This document shows, in pieces, positions 1-7,921 of a stretch of DNA of 14,927 bases. Both the position numbers and the translations under genes were made by a program. The DNA comes from a bacterium. GTDB lineage: Bacteria > Hinthialibacterota > Hinthialibacteria > Hinthialibacterales > Hinthialibacteraceae. The notes under the pieces are model-generated. The model was not told where the DNA came from and did no database searches. It saw only the letters and a list, made by a program, of their open reading frames with translations. Numbering within the stretch: the stretch's first letter is position 1; each line of letters opens with the position of its first letter. The stretch covers positions 1 through 14,927 of the forward strand of contig CAXXSM010000116.1 of assembly GCA_963663405.2 (NCBI GenBank). Direction: 5' to 3'.

Positions 1-1
1 G

Positions 2-73
2 GAGTTCATCCTCTCCGGCATATTCAGCGTCCCACGGGCAAAAATCGCACAACTCCGGAGGCGCTCATCATGA
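2..73 (+). CDS. 3' end of an upstream gene (partial), probably a membrane protein of the same vWA/BatA-type cluster
   Basis: Frame from nt 2 is open (EFILSGIFSVPRAKIAQLRRRSS*) and its TGA (71-73) overlaps the next ATG (70-72) as ATGA, typical of translational coupling. The product is inferred from context only. Confidence 0.55.
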   Translation, partial: EFILSGIFSVPRAKIAQLRRRSS

Positions 74-2315
74 ATACTTTCTCCCTCGCCTCCCGGCTTC
101 CTGGATGGTTGTTGATTCTTTGCTATGCGATCGCGATCCTCGCGCTTCTATGGAGTCATCGCAAACACACTATTCATCTCCGATGGGGGAACCTATATCT
201 AATAAACCGCCTTTGCGCCGTTACATTAATTTTCCTCTGTCTCTATCATCCATCCATCCGGTCGGAACGGTCCTTAAACGAAAAGAAAATCCTCGCGATG
301 GCGCTGGACACATCGATGAGCATGACAATCCGCGACGCGGGTGAAAACCGCTCCCGCTTCGACGCGGTACAAGCCTTGCTCACCGATCCAACTTTCACGA
401 ATCCGCTCCACGATCACTTTGAAATTCAATGGTACACATTCGATTCCACCGCGATTCCCATCCGAACGCCGGAGATGACATTGAATGATGAGAATGGCGG
501 ACCGCTCAGCGCGATACAAAGCGCGTTAAACGAAATCTCTTCGCGAACGGCGCCTGATATTCTTGCTGGGATCGCCCTCTTTTCTGATGGAGCCGAAAAC
601 GCCCGGTCCGATGTCCCCGGCTTTCCCCCGGCGCCGGTCTACGCGATTGGAGCCGGTTCCCCCGAACCCGAACCGGTTATCGACCGGGAAGTTCAATCTC
701 TCCTGGTTCCCCAACGAGTCACCGTCAACAGCCGCGTTGAACTTTCGGTTATGGTGAAATGCCTAAGCCAGGAACAACAGCCTTTGCCCATCACAATCTC
801 CCTCGCGCAAGAAAATGGAGCCAACGCGCAGACAGCCGCCTCTGCCTCCGCTGAATTCAAACACCCCGGCGAGAGCCGCCTATGTCCGGCGTCTTTCATT
901 CCCGCCGCGACGGGCCGCTTCCGCCTGCGCGCGTCCACTCCCATACGAGAAGGAGAACGCCTGCAGGAAAACAACGATCGAATCGTCTTCATCGACGTCG
1001 TCGATCCAGACATCCCCGTCCTATATATGGAAGGAAAACCGCGCTTTGAATACAAATTCTTCAAACGCGCCCTCGAAACGGATGAGTTCATTCAACTCCT
1101 CAGCATCCTCCGGATCGGCGGCGATCAATTCTTGGTTCAAACCGGTTCACAAACGACAACGGAAAGCGCATCAAAAGCCCCCCGCGATCTCAGCCAATTC
1201 AAAGTCATCGTTCTCGGCGACATCAATCCCACCACCTTAGGAACCGATTGGTTAAACGCATTAGTTGAATTCGTTGATAAAGGAGGCGGTTTGCTCTTAC
1301 TTGGCTCAGGGGAAACCTTCGGACCGGCGGGGATTCAATCAGCGATCTCTCCCCTGCTTCCTTTCGAAACAGACAACGCCGTCACTCGCTTTCATCCAAG
1401 CGATTTCACACTCGAGATATCCGGCCGGGGCCGCGCCCACCCCATCTTCGCAGGTGGTCTGCAACGCCAGGATTCCCCAACCATCACAGGAGCCTATAAT
1501 CTCCCTTCCCTGAAATCCGGCGCGTCAATTCTCGCGTATTACCAAAGAAAGAACACCCGCGTTCCCGGTGTTATCACACAACGATACGGGCAAGGAAGAA
1601 TATTGATCAACGCCGCGGCGGCGACATGGCCTTGGGAACTGCGGCAGGGAGCGCTGGGCGCGCGATCCACCTATTTCAATCAATTCTGGCGGCAGGCCGT
1701 CCGCTGGCTGGCGGGATTGGAAGAAACTGAAGTTTCGCCGGAAATCCCGCTCATCGTCAAAACAGACGCTTACGATTATTACGCGGGTGAAACCGTTCAA
1801 TTAACCGCTTTTGTATCAAAACAAGTCTTCCCGGTTCCCCCGCGCTAATCGCGTCAATCGACCATCCAACCGAAGAACGTTTTGCCTTCTCCCTCGACCC
1901 AACCGCAACCGGCGCCTCCTACCGCTACACCGCCGATTTCAATCCCCAAAAAATTGGCGCGTATGATATGCGAATCCAAGCGTTAAAAAAGGATGAGAGC
2001 AATGAGAACAACGACGCAACCTATGAACGATCTATCGAATTTCTCGTCAAACGCTCCGCCCGTGAATGGGAACGCAGCGGCTTGAACGAAGCGTTTTTAA
2101 AAAACCTATCGGCTCGTGGTGGCGCCCAGTATTTCCCGATTGAACAAGCGCGGGACCTTCTCGGCGCGATTCCCCCCACACCCAGCGCGGGTACACGTCT
2201 CGTGGAACATGAAATCTGGAACCGCCCCTGGACGCTGGCTCTGCTGTGCATAATGCTAAGCGTCGAGTGGGCGCACCGGCGCCGTTATGAACGCCTGAAA
2301 CCGGAGGTCTCGTAA
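70..2315 (+). CDS. Membrane-anchored vWA + class I glutamine-amidotransferase-like (GATase1_like/DUF1355-type) domain protein, ~748 aa once one frameshift at ~1818-1845 is corrected
   Basis: N-terminal TM helices, MIDAS-like DTSMSM and FSDG motifs, Ig-like segment (GERLQENND), GATase1-like segment (VLYMEGKPRFEYKFFKRAL...FVDKGGGLLLLG...RYGQGR...FWRQAVRWL). The 1968-2315 frame stays open back past 1821 (TSLPGSPALIASIDHPTEERFAFSLDPTATGASYRYTADFNPQKIGAYDMRIQA) and ends with the family-like tail EIWNRPWTLALLCIMLSVEWAHRRR. Adding one base, e.g. in the A-run at 1818-1821, fuses the two ORFs. Confidence 0.8.
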
Positions 2316-2319
2316 GACG

Positions 2320-5181
2320 ATGTCTCCTTCCATCCACAAACCAATCCGAAAAAAAATCAATCAAGCCCGTACACGCTGGCGCAGAGGAGCCGGGCTGACA
2401 GGTACGCTCATCTTTCTGACAATCCTTTTTTCCATTCTTTTATTGACATTTGGATTGGATCGTCTGTTATACTTAACAACGCCAATAAGGTATCTATTTT
2501 GGTTCCTATTTATGCTCACGGCGCTCTCCGCGATCCCCCTTACGATTCGCCCATTCATTGTGCGGCGAACTGATGAATGGACGGCCCGGCGGCTCGAAAT
2601 CCACAATCCAGGCCTTGAAAACCGCCTAATAAACTGCCTGCAATTCATCAAAGAAAACTCGCTGCCCGAACCACATATTCAAACCTTAGTCCAATCCGCC
2701 TGCGCCCAACTCGAAGCGTCTCCCCAATCGCTAGGCTTTCCCCCCAAACGCGCTTCCCGTCTCTTGATCGTGTCATCCATACTCGCTGTTCTACTCGCGG
2801 TGAACGGCCTGCTCGATCCACAGCGCTCTTGGAACACGCTCCTGCGCGTCTGTTTCCCTTGGTCAAATATCACGCCTTTTTATGAAACCCGCATCCTCGT
2901 CACCCCTGGAGACGCCCGGATCCCCGAAGGCGATTCGCTCCCCATAACGATCCAATTTCAAGGCAAGAAACCTGATCACGCCGCGATCACAACTTCCTTC
3001 AATGAAAAAGACTGGATGGAAGAACAACTCGAAGTCCCTTTCGGCTCGGAACAAATCCAGTACCGCTTCGACAGCGTCACCCGCCCGTTCTTCTATAGCG
3101 TCCGGGCGGGAGACGGACGTTCGGCAATCTATCATGTCACCGTCGCCCCACGTCCTGTCATTGTGGATCTCTCCCTTGAATTTCAGTATCCATCATATAC
3201 AAGTTTACCCACCGAACGCGCCCTCGCGTCGGACGGTGTTGTCTCCGTATGGAAAGGTACCCGCGTCATCGTCTCAGCGACATCTGACGTCCCGATCGAA
3301 ACAGGCCGCGTCAACCACCGCGCAGGTAAGGACGTTTCAATCGTCCAAGCGAAAATTACTAATGAACGCTGCCTTACCGCGCAATTCACCGTCCAGGAAA
3401 ACGGCATGTACACCATCAAGATGTACACAGCGGAAAATGTGGATAACGCCAATCCCGTCCGTTATCCCATCACCGCTATTCCCGACGCGCCTCCCCGTAT
3501 CGCGCTGCCCCTGCCTGGACGGAACATCCCCGAAACCCGCGTCCCATCGAATATCCCCTGCCTGGCCCGCGCCACGGATGATCTAGGCTTGGCTCGCGTT
3601 GAACTTTTCTGTTTCAACACCACTAAAGAATCAACACAAACCATCGCAACGCAAACCGGCGGTCCTCTGAAAAAATCAATCGAGATGGAATCGATCTTAA
3701 AGATCAACGAGCAGGAATACGCCCCCGGCGAAACACTCGAACTCTTCGCCCGCGCTACGGACACATTCGGCCAGTCCGCCGAATCGGAGCGATACACACT
3801 CACTCTTATCGAAGAAACCGAATCCACCGAAGAAACCCGCCTCCCCGCAAAAGAACTCGCCGACGCGATGGACGAGATGCGGGAAGCGCTGGAGAAACAC
3901 GACCCGGAAAAAGAAAACGAAGAAACGAAGGAAACCATCCTCGACACCATCGACGATATTCTAAAAAAACAGAAAGAAATCATCCCCCCCACAAAAGACC
4001 TTCTCGAAATCCCCGAAGAACAGCGGCTTATCGAAGAGAAAGACGAACTGGAACGCCTCGCGCAGGCGGAAGATCGTCTACTCGATGAGATCAAGGATTT
4101 CAATAAATTCCTTAAGGATCACGCGCCCTGGAAATTCGACGATCCCTCCCTCGTGGACGAATTCAACACCATCGTCGACAACGTCGAACGCGCCGAAGAA
4201 TCGCTAATCGGAAACGCCGTCGAGATCGCGCTCGATTCCGAAGAAGCCGCCTTATGGAGTCTCGAAAAAGTAGAAGAACGAATCGAAAGCGAACTGGAAT
4301 CCTGGCTCCCCGATAAGCCTGATCGCGTCAAATGGAACTTGGAAGACGCCCCCGAAGACATCATCGATGAACTCTCGGTAGTCGATCTCCCCGAAGAATT
4401 GGAAGACTTGATCGGTGAACTAATCGAAGATGAAGAAGACGTCAACGAAGAGACCGAAGATCTCTCCAGCAACTGGGCCAGCGCCGATATTGAGGAAGGC
4501 TGGGATGTCATGGACGGGCAGATCAGTAATTTCAGCGCCAAGGGCAAAACCGGCAACACCCTCCCCGATTCCACCGAAGCCACCGGACGTTCAGGCGAGG
4601 GACGAACGGGCAAATCCAACGGCGAATTCGTCGAAAAATACGCCGAATACAAAGACGACCGCCAAACCCCCGCCCGTATGAGAGACGAGCCGTTCGAAAA
4701 CTCGACGGTCATGGAACTGGACAACAAAACCCCCAGCCAATCCACCGGCGGCGGCAAACGAAGCGGCATGGGCCCGGAAGGCTTCACCGGCCGCCCCCCC
4801 CTCACCCTCCAAAACAAACTGAACCGCCTGGCCGAACAACAAGCTGACATCCGCCAACGCGCCGAAAAACTGGACAACCAACTCAACAACCTCTACCTGG
4901 CCCCCAAAGAACTCAAATCCAGCGTAGAAGCCATGAAAGAAATCGAACAAGACCTAAAAGAATTCCGCCTCACAAAAGTCCTCGAAAAACAACGCCAAAG
5001 CATCAAAGACCTCCGCACAATCCAAAAAGCCATCACCGACCCCCTCTCCTCCTTCGCCGAACGCAAAAAACAACAACGCCAAAAAGACACCCAAGCCGTA
5101 GAAACCATCCAAGAAGAACAATTCCCCCCACAATATGCGGAAGCGCTGAATCTTTATTTTCGATCGCTGGCGGAGGAGTGA
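2320..5181 (+). CDS. DUF4175-like large membrane protein (3 TM, Ig-like domains, acidic coiled coil, Gly/Ser-rich segment)
   Basis: 953-aa ORF with two TMs, an ARRLE...PGLENRLIN motif, a third TM, beta-rich Ig-like repeats, the motifs PDAPP and ARATDDLGL, a long acidic helical region and the C-terminal FPPQYAEALNLYFRSL typical of this family. GGAGG at 2303-2307. Confidence 0.75.
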   Translation: MSPSIHKPIRKKINQARTRWRRGAGLTGTLIFLTILFSILLLTFGLDRLLYLTTPIRYLFWFLFMLTALSAIPLTIRPFIVRRTDEWTARRLEIHNPGLENRLINCLQFIKENSLPEPHIQTLVQSACAQLEASPQSLGFPPKRASRLLIVSSILAVLLAVNGLLDPQRSWNTLLRVCFPWSNITPFYETRILVTPGDARIPEGDSLPITIQFQGKKPDHAAITTSFNEKDWMEEQLEVPFGSEQIQYRFDSVTRPFFYSVRAGDGRSAIYHVTVAPRPVIVDLSLEFQYPSYTSLPTERALASDGVVSVWKGTRVIVSATSDVPIETGRVNHRAGKDVSIVQAKITNERCLTAQFTVQENGMYTIKMYTAENVDNANPVRYPITAIPDAPPRIALPLPGRNIPETRVPSNIPCLARATDDLGLARVELFCFNTTKESTQTIATQTGGPLKKSIEMESILKINEQEYAPGETLELFARATDTFGQSAESERYTLTLIEETESTEETRLPAKELADAMDEMREALEKHDPEKENEETKETILDTIDDILKKQKEIIPPTKDLLEIPEEQRLIEEKDELERLAQAEDRLLDEIKDFNKFLKDHAPWKFDDPSLVDEFNTIVDNVERAEESLIGNAVEIALDSEEAALWSLEKVEERIESELESWLPDKPDRVKWNLEDAPEDIIDELSVVDLPEELEDLIGELIEDEEDVNEETEDLSSNWASADIEEGWDVMDGQISNFSAKGKTGNTLPDSTEATGRSGEGRTGKSNGEFVEKYAEYKDDRQTPARMRDEPFENSTVMELDNKTPSQSTGGGKRSGMGPEGFTGRPPLTLQNKLNRLAEQQADIRQRAEKLDNQLNNLYLAPKELKSSVEAMKEIEQDLKEFRLTKVLEKQRQSIKDLRTIQKAITDPLSSFAERKKQQRQKDTQAVETIQEEQFPPQYAEALNLYFRSLAEE

Positions 5182-5529
5182 GGATTCTATTAAGTCAATA
5201 CATATCCTATCGAATAATCCATCAAAAATAAAAAACAAAAAGAGGAGATCATACCTTATTAAAATTAAAGTAAATCGCACATTGAATAACACCACACATA
5301 ACATATAATAACATTATAGGAGATATAATTTAATAGAATAGATCACCACTATTAACAAAGAGGACTAAGGCATAATAAGAAAAACGATTAATGAATTCAA
5401 GCACAAGCGAAGAATGATGATTACATAAGAAAATAATATACAAAAGTATTATGAAGAAGGCGTGTGTGTAATCATTGTCATTGTTTCAATTTTAAATGAG
5501 AACATATATTTGATATTCAAGGAAAAAAA

Positions 5530-5742
5530 ATGAGACTAAAAAATGAAGAGGCAAAAGCAGAAATTCAAATGGCTTGGAAACAATGGGATGGTGATAAAAC
5601 AAATATTCTTTCTATGATTACATTCTACGGATGGCTAGAAGAAAATAGACCAGAATTACTTAAATTCCGTAGTTATGGTGATCCCTGGCAAACAGTTAAT
5701 TGTTGGCTTCAAGAATATGAAGATAAAAAGAAATACATATAA
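5530..5742 (+). CDS. Small hypothetical protein (70 aa, Trp-rich, helical)
   Basis: AAGGA Shine-Dalgarno-like motif at 5519-5523. Protein-like sequence with the pattern FYGWLEENRPELLKFRSYGDPWQTVNCWL, open through an AT-rich region where stops are otherwise frequent. Confidence 0.7.
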   Translation: MRLKNEEAKAEIQMAWKQWDGDKTNILSMITFYGWLEENRPELLKFRSYGDPWQTVNCWLQEYEDKKKYI

Positions 5743-5782
5743 TATTACCGTATACCAAAGGAAAGGCATTTTTATACTTTTA

Positions 5783-5826
5783 CCGGGTGCCGGGTGCCCA
5801 GGGCAAGGCTTTTTTCTGCCCTGGCA
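5783..5826. repeat. GC-rich hairpin (REP-like or terminator-like) preceded by a 7-bp tandem duplication
   Basis: CCAGGGCA (5798-5805) pairs with TGCCCTGG (5817-5824) around an 11-nt loop. CCGGGTG occurs twice at 5783-5796. Confidence 0.55.
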
Positions 5827-5905
5827 TTCATGAGCAGAACTATCAAGTAAACGAACAATACCAAAACACACTCAGGAATCCAATACTGTTAACGCGAATG
5901 ATTGC

Positions 5906-5933
5906 TTGCGTCAATAGGCGTAAACTCTATACT
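5906..5933 (+). promoter_or_regulatory. Candidate sigma70 promoter for the DUF4160/DUF2442 pair
   Basis: TTGCGT (5906-5911), 16 nt, TATACT (5928-5933). Further TATAAT hexamers occur at 5987-5992 and 6017-6022. The AT-rich context lowers specificity. Confidence 0.35.
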
Positions 5934-6023
5934 ATTCAACAAGAACAAAGGCTTCCTGCTAACCTCGTTCATCAGCGATAGGAATATATAATCATACGGT
6001 TTTGGCAGAAAAAAGGTATAATT

Positions 6024-6260
6024 ATGCCAACGGTATTAAGAGTAGGCCCGTATCGGTTTTTCTTCTATTCCAGCGATCGAAATGAACCAGAACACGTTCA
6101 TATCGAAAGAGAGAATAACAGTGCGAAAGTATGGCTAAATCCCATAAGGCTCCAAAACAGTGGAGGATTCAGCCGGATTGAGATTAATCGAATCTTATCA
6201 ATTATTCACGATTATCAAATAGAATTATTGGAGGCCTGGAATGATTTCTTTAGTGAATAA
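6024..6260 (+). CDS. DUF4160 domain protein (putative DhiT-like toxin)
   Basis: 78 aa, MPTVLRVGPYRFFFYSSDRNEPEHVHI...AKVWL...LLEAWNDFF matches the DUF4160 pattern. Overlaps the downstream DUF2442 gene. Confidence 0.9.
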   Translation: MPTVLRVGPYRFFFYSSDRNEPEHVHIERENNSAKVWLNPIRLQNSGGFSRIEINRILSIIHDYQIELLEAWNDFFSE

Positions 6261-6543
6261 AATCGAGATCCCAAATGCCAACAATGTCATCATCACAGAA
6301 GACACTCTAACCGTAGAGTTGGACGACGGCCGGACAGTCTCCGTCCCAATCGCATGGTATCCAAGATTATTACACGCCACTCCGGAAGAGAGAAAGAACT
6401 GGCGATTCATCGGAAAAGGATCAGGAATCCACTGGGAAGCAATCGACGAAGACATCAGTGTAGAAGGGATTTTAGCTGGACAGCCGTCAGGAGAGAGTCA
6501 ATCTTCTTTGAAGAGATGGCTCGAATCAAGAAAAAGCGTATAA
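6241..6543 (+). CDS. DUF2442 domain protein (putative DhiA-like antitoxin)
   Basis: 100 aa, LTVELDDGRTVSVPIAWYPRLLHATPEERKNW...GIHWEAIDEDISVEGIL is the DUF2442 signature. GGAGG at 6230-6234, with a 20-nt overlap with the DUF4160 gene. Confidence 0.9.
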   Translation: MISLVNKIEIPNANNVIITEDTLTVELDDGRTVSVPIAWYPRLLHATPEERKNWRFIGKGSGIHWEAIDEDISVEGILAGQPSGESQSSLKRWLESRKSV

Positions 6544-6570
6544 CAACTCGCCAAACGGCACATTAATTTC

Positions 6571-7707
6571 TCAACCTACAATCTTTTTATTCTCTTCCCT
6601 CCCCACATACCCCCTCATAAACCCCCAAAACCTCCCCCCAACAGCCTCTATCGTAAAAGAACGCAACACCATCTTTTTCCCCGCTTGCCCAAAAGCCCGC
6701 CGCTGGTCCGGTGATGTGAGGAGCCGCTGTATCGCTTTCGCCAGCGCGTCTGGATCGTTGGGAGGAATCAGGAATCCGTTTTCTTCATGATGTACGATTT
6801 CCGGAATCCCCCCAACATTCGTGGCGATGATCGGAATCCCGAAGTACTGCGCATCCAGAATGGACGAACACAACCCCTCCATCTGCGACGGCATGACAAA
6901 AATATCAAATAAAGCGAGAAACGATCCAACATCCTTGCGAAAACCGGTCACATGAACGCGCCCTGCGAGAGGGGGATTCTCCGCCTGTTTCCGCAATTCA
7001 TCTTCCAGACTCCCGGCGCCGATGATGAAAAAATGAACGTTCGGAAACGCGCGCAGAATTTCTGGCGCCGCGTCGAGAATCATTCGCTGTGATTTCAGCG
7101 GTTCACAAAACGCGACATTGCCGATCGTAATACACTCTTCCCCAATCCCAAATTCATCCCGAATCGCCTGTGGAGAAGCGTCCTGAAACCGTTCCTCATC
7201 CACCCCGCTGGGAACAATCGACACACAATCCTGCGGAATCCCCGCGTCCCACAGCGTCCGCGCGCTCGCTTCGGAAATCGCGATGTAATGAGCCGCGACC
7301 GCGTATTTCCATCGATTCATCCACCCCCGATTCACTGGAAACGCCACCCGCCTCGACACAATCAAAGGCGGAGCCGCATGTAAAAACGCCTTCGCAAGAA
7401 ACGCGATCGTATGCGCGCGAGACGTATGCGCGTGAATCACATCCGGCCGCTTCACACGAATCCACCGCGCAAGCGAATACGCGGATAACAGATCCAATTC
7501 GTTACGCATAGGTATCGCGCAAGTCTCAAAACCTTCCCCCCCAGCCAGCTCCAGAATCAGACTCTGTGGCTGCGCGGCCAGAAAATTCTCGCAGCCTCGT
7601 TTCCGAAGCGCCTTCATCAAAGATACAACCTGCTGTTCCCCCCCCCGCCACGTCCGGCCGGTATTGATATGCAGTATCCGCAGAGATTGAAACACAGTGT
7701 CACACAC
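6571..7707 (-). CDS. Glycosyltransferase family 4 (GT-B fold). True stop is probably at 6587-6589 if one G is missing in the G-run at 6634-6639
   Basis: RILHINTGRTWRGGEQQV, DVIHAH, PSGVD, FVMPSQMEGLCSSILDA, IIATNVGGIPEIV and ENGFLIPPNDPDALAKAI motifs. GTG start is uncertain (7707 or 7695). Confidence 0.92.
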   Translation of the reverse strand: MCDTVFQSLRILHINTGRTWRGGEQQVVSLMKALRKRGCENFLAAQPQSLILELAGGEGFETCAIPMRNELDLLSAYSLARWIRVKRPDVIHAHTSRAHTIAFLAKAFLHAAPPLIVSRRVAFPVNRGWMNRWKYAVAAHYIAISEASARTLWDAGIPQDCVSIVPSGVDEERFQDASPQAIRDEFGIGEECITIGNVAFCEPLKSQRMILDAAPEILRAFPNVHFFIIGAGSLEDELRKQAENPPLAGRVHVTGFRKDVGSFLALFDIFVMPSQMEGLCSSILDAQYFGIPIIATNVGGIPEIVHHEENGFLIPPNDPDALAKAIQRLLTSPDQRRAFGQAGKKMVLRSFTIEAVGGRFWGFMRGYVGREENKKIVG

Positions 7708-7787
7708 AGAACTTACATTCTCCGATCTTTTAAAATGACTATTAAATAAACGTAATGTGGGTTAATAATGTAGGGTGGATTAACAAT

Positions 7788-7893
7788 GTAGGGTGGGCTA
7801 AAAGCGAAGCGTAGCCCACCTTATGCAATGTTTATCAAAAACTCTTTTGCAGAAAAGTGTGGTGGGCTACGCTTCGCTTTTAGCCCACCCTAC
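7788..7893. repeat. REP doublet (REPIN/BIME-like): two perfectly inverted 33-bp GTAG-type REPs with a 40-bp spacer
   Basis: 7788-7820 GTAGGGTGGGCTAAAAGCGAAGCGTAGCCCACC and 7861-7893 are exact reverse complements. Each starts with the GTAG tetranucleotide and has an internal palindrome (GGTGGGCTA...TAGCCCACC). Confidence 0.92.
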
Positions 7894-7921
7894 CAAAAAT
7901 ATCCACCCAAAAATATCCTCA

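Larger units (their letters stand above)
5182..6570. other. AT-rich inserted segment (putative small horizontally acquired islet) between convergent core genes
   Basis: Abrupt drop in GC right after the stop at 5181, strongest at 5185-5780. Carries a small hypothetical gene and a TA-like pair. No integrase or transposase is visible. Confidence 0.65.

Noticed and set aside
1968-2315. Stand-alone 115-aa ORF
   Set aside because: The frame is open well upstream of its ATG and it is the C-terminus of the 70..1848 protein after one indel.
3462-4889. Long minus-strand ORFs (213 aa and 256 aa, Ser-rich)
   Set aside because: Antisense shadows of the Glu/Asp-rich DUF4175-like gene, where GAA codons read as Ser or Phe. 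No protein-like motifs.
4900-5181. Diversity-generating retroelement variable region as the cause of the skew
   Set aside because: No template repeat or reverse transcriptase in the window, and the bias is at synonymous positions.
5787-5981. 64-aa ORF in the islet
   Set aside because: Begins within the hairpin repeat, has no SD and no recognisable features, and overlaps a candidate promoter.
7754-7893. CRISPR array
   Set aside because: The repeats are inverted with a single spacer, match REP architecture, and no cas genes are present.
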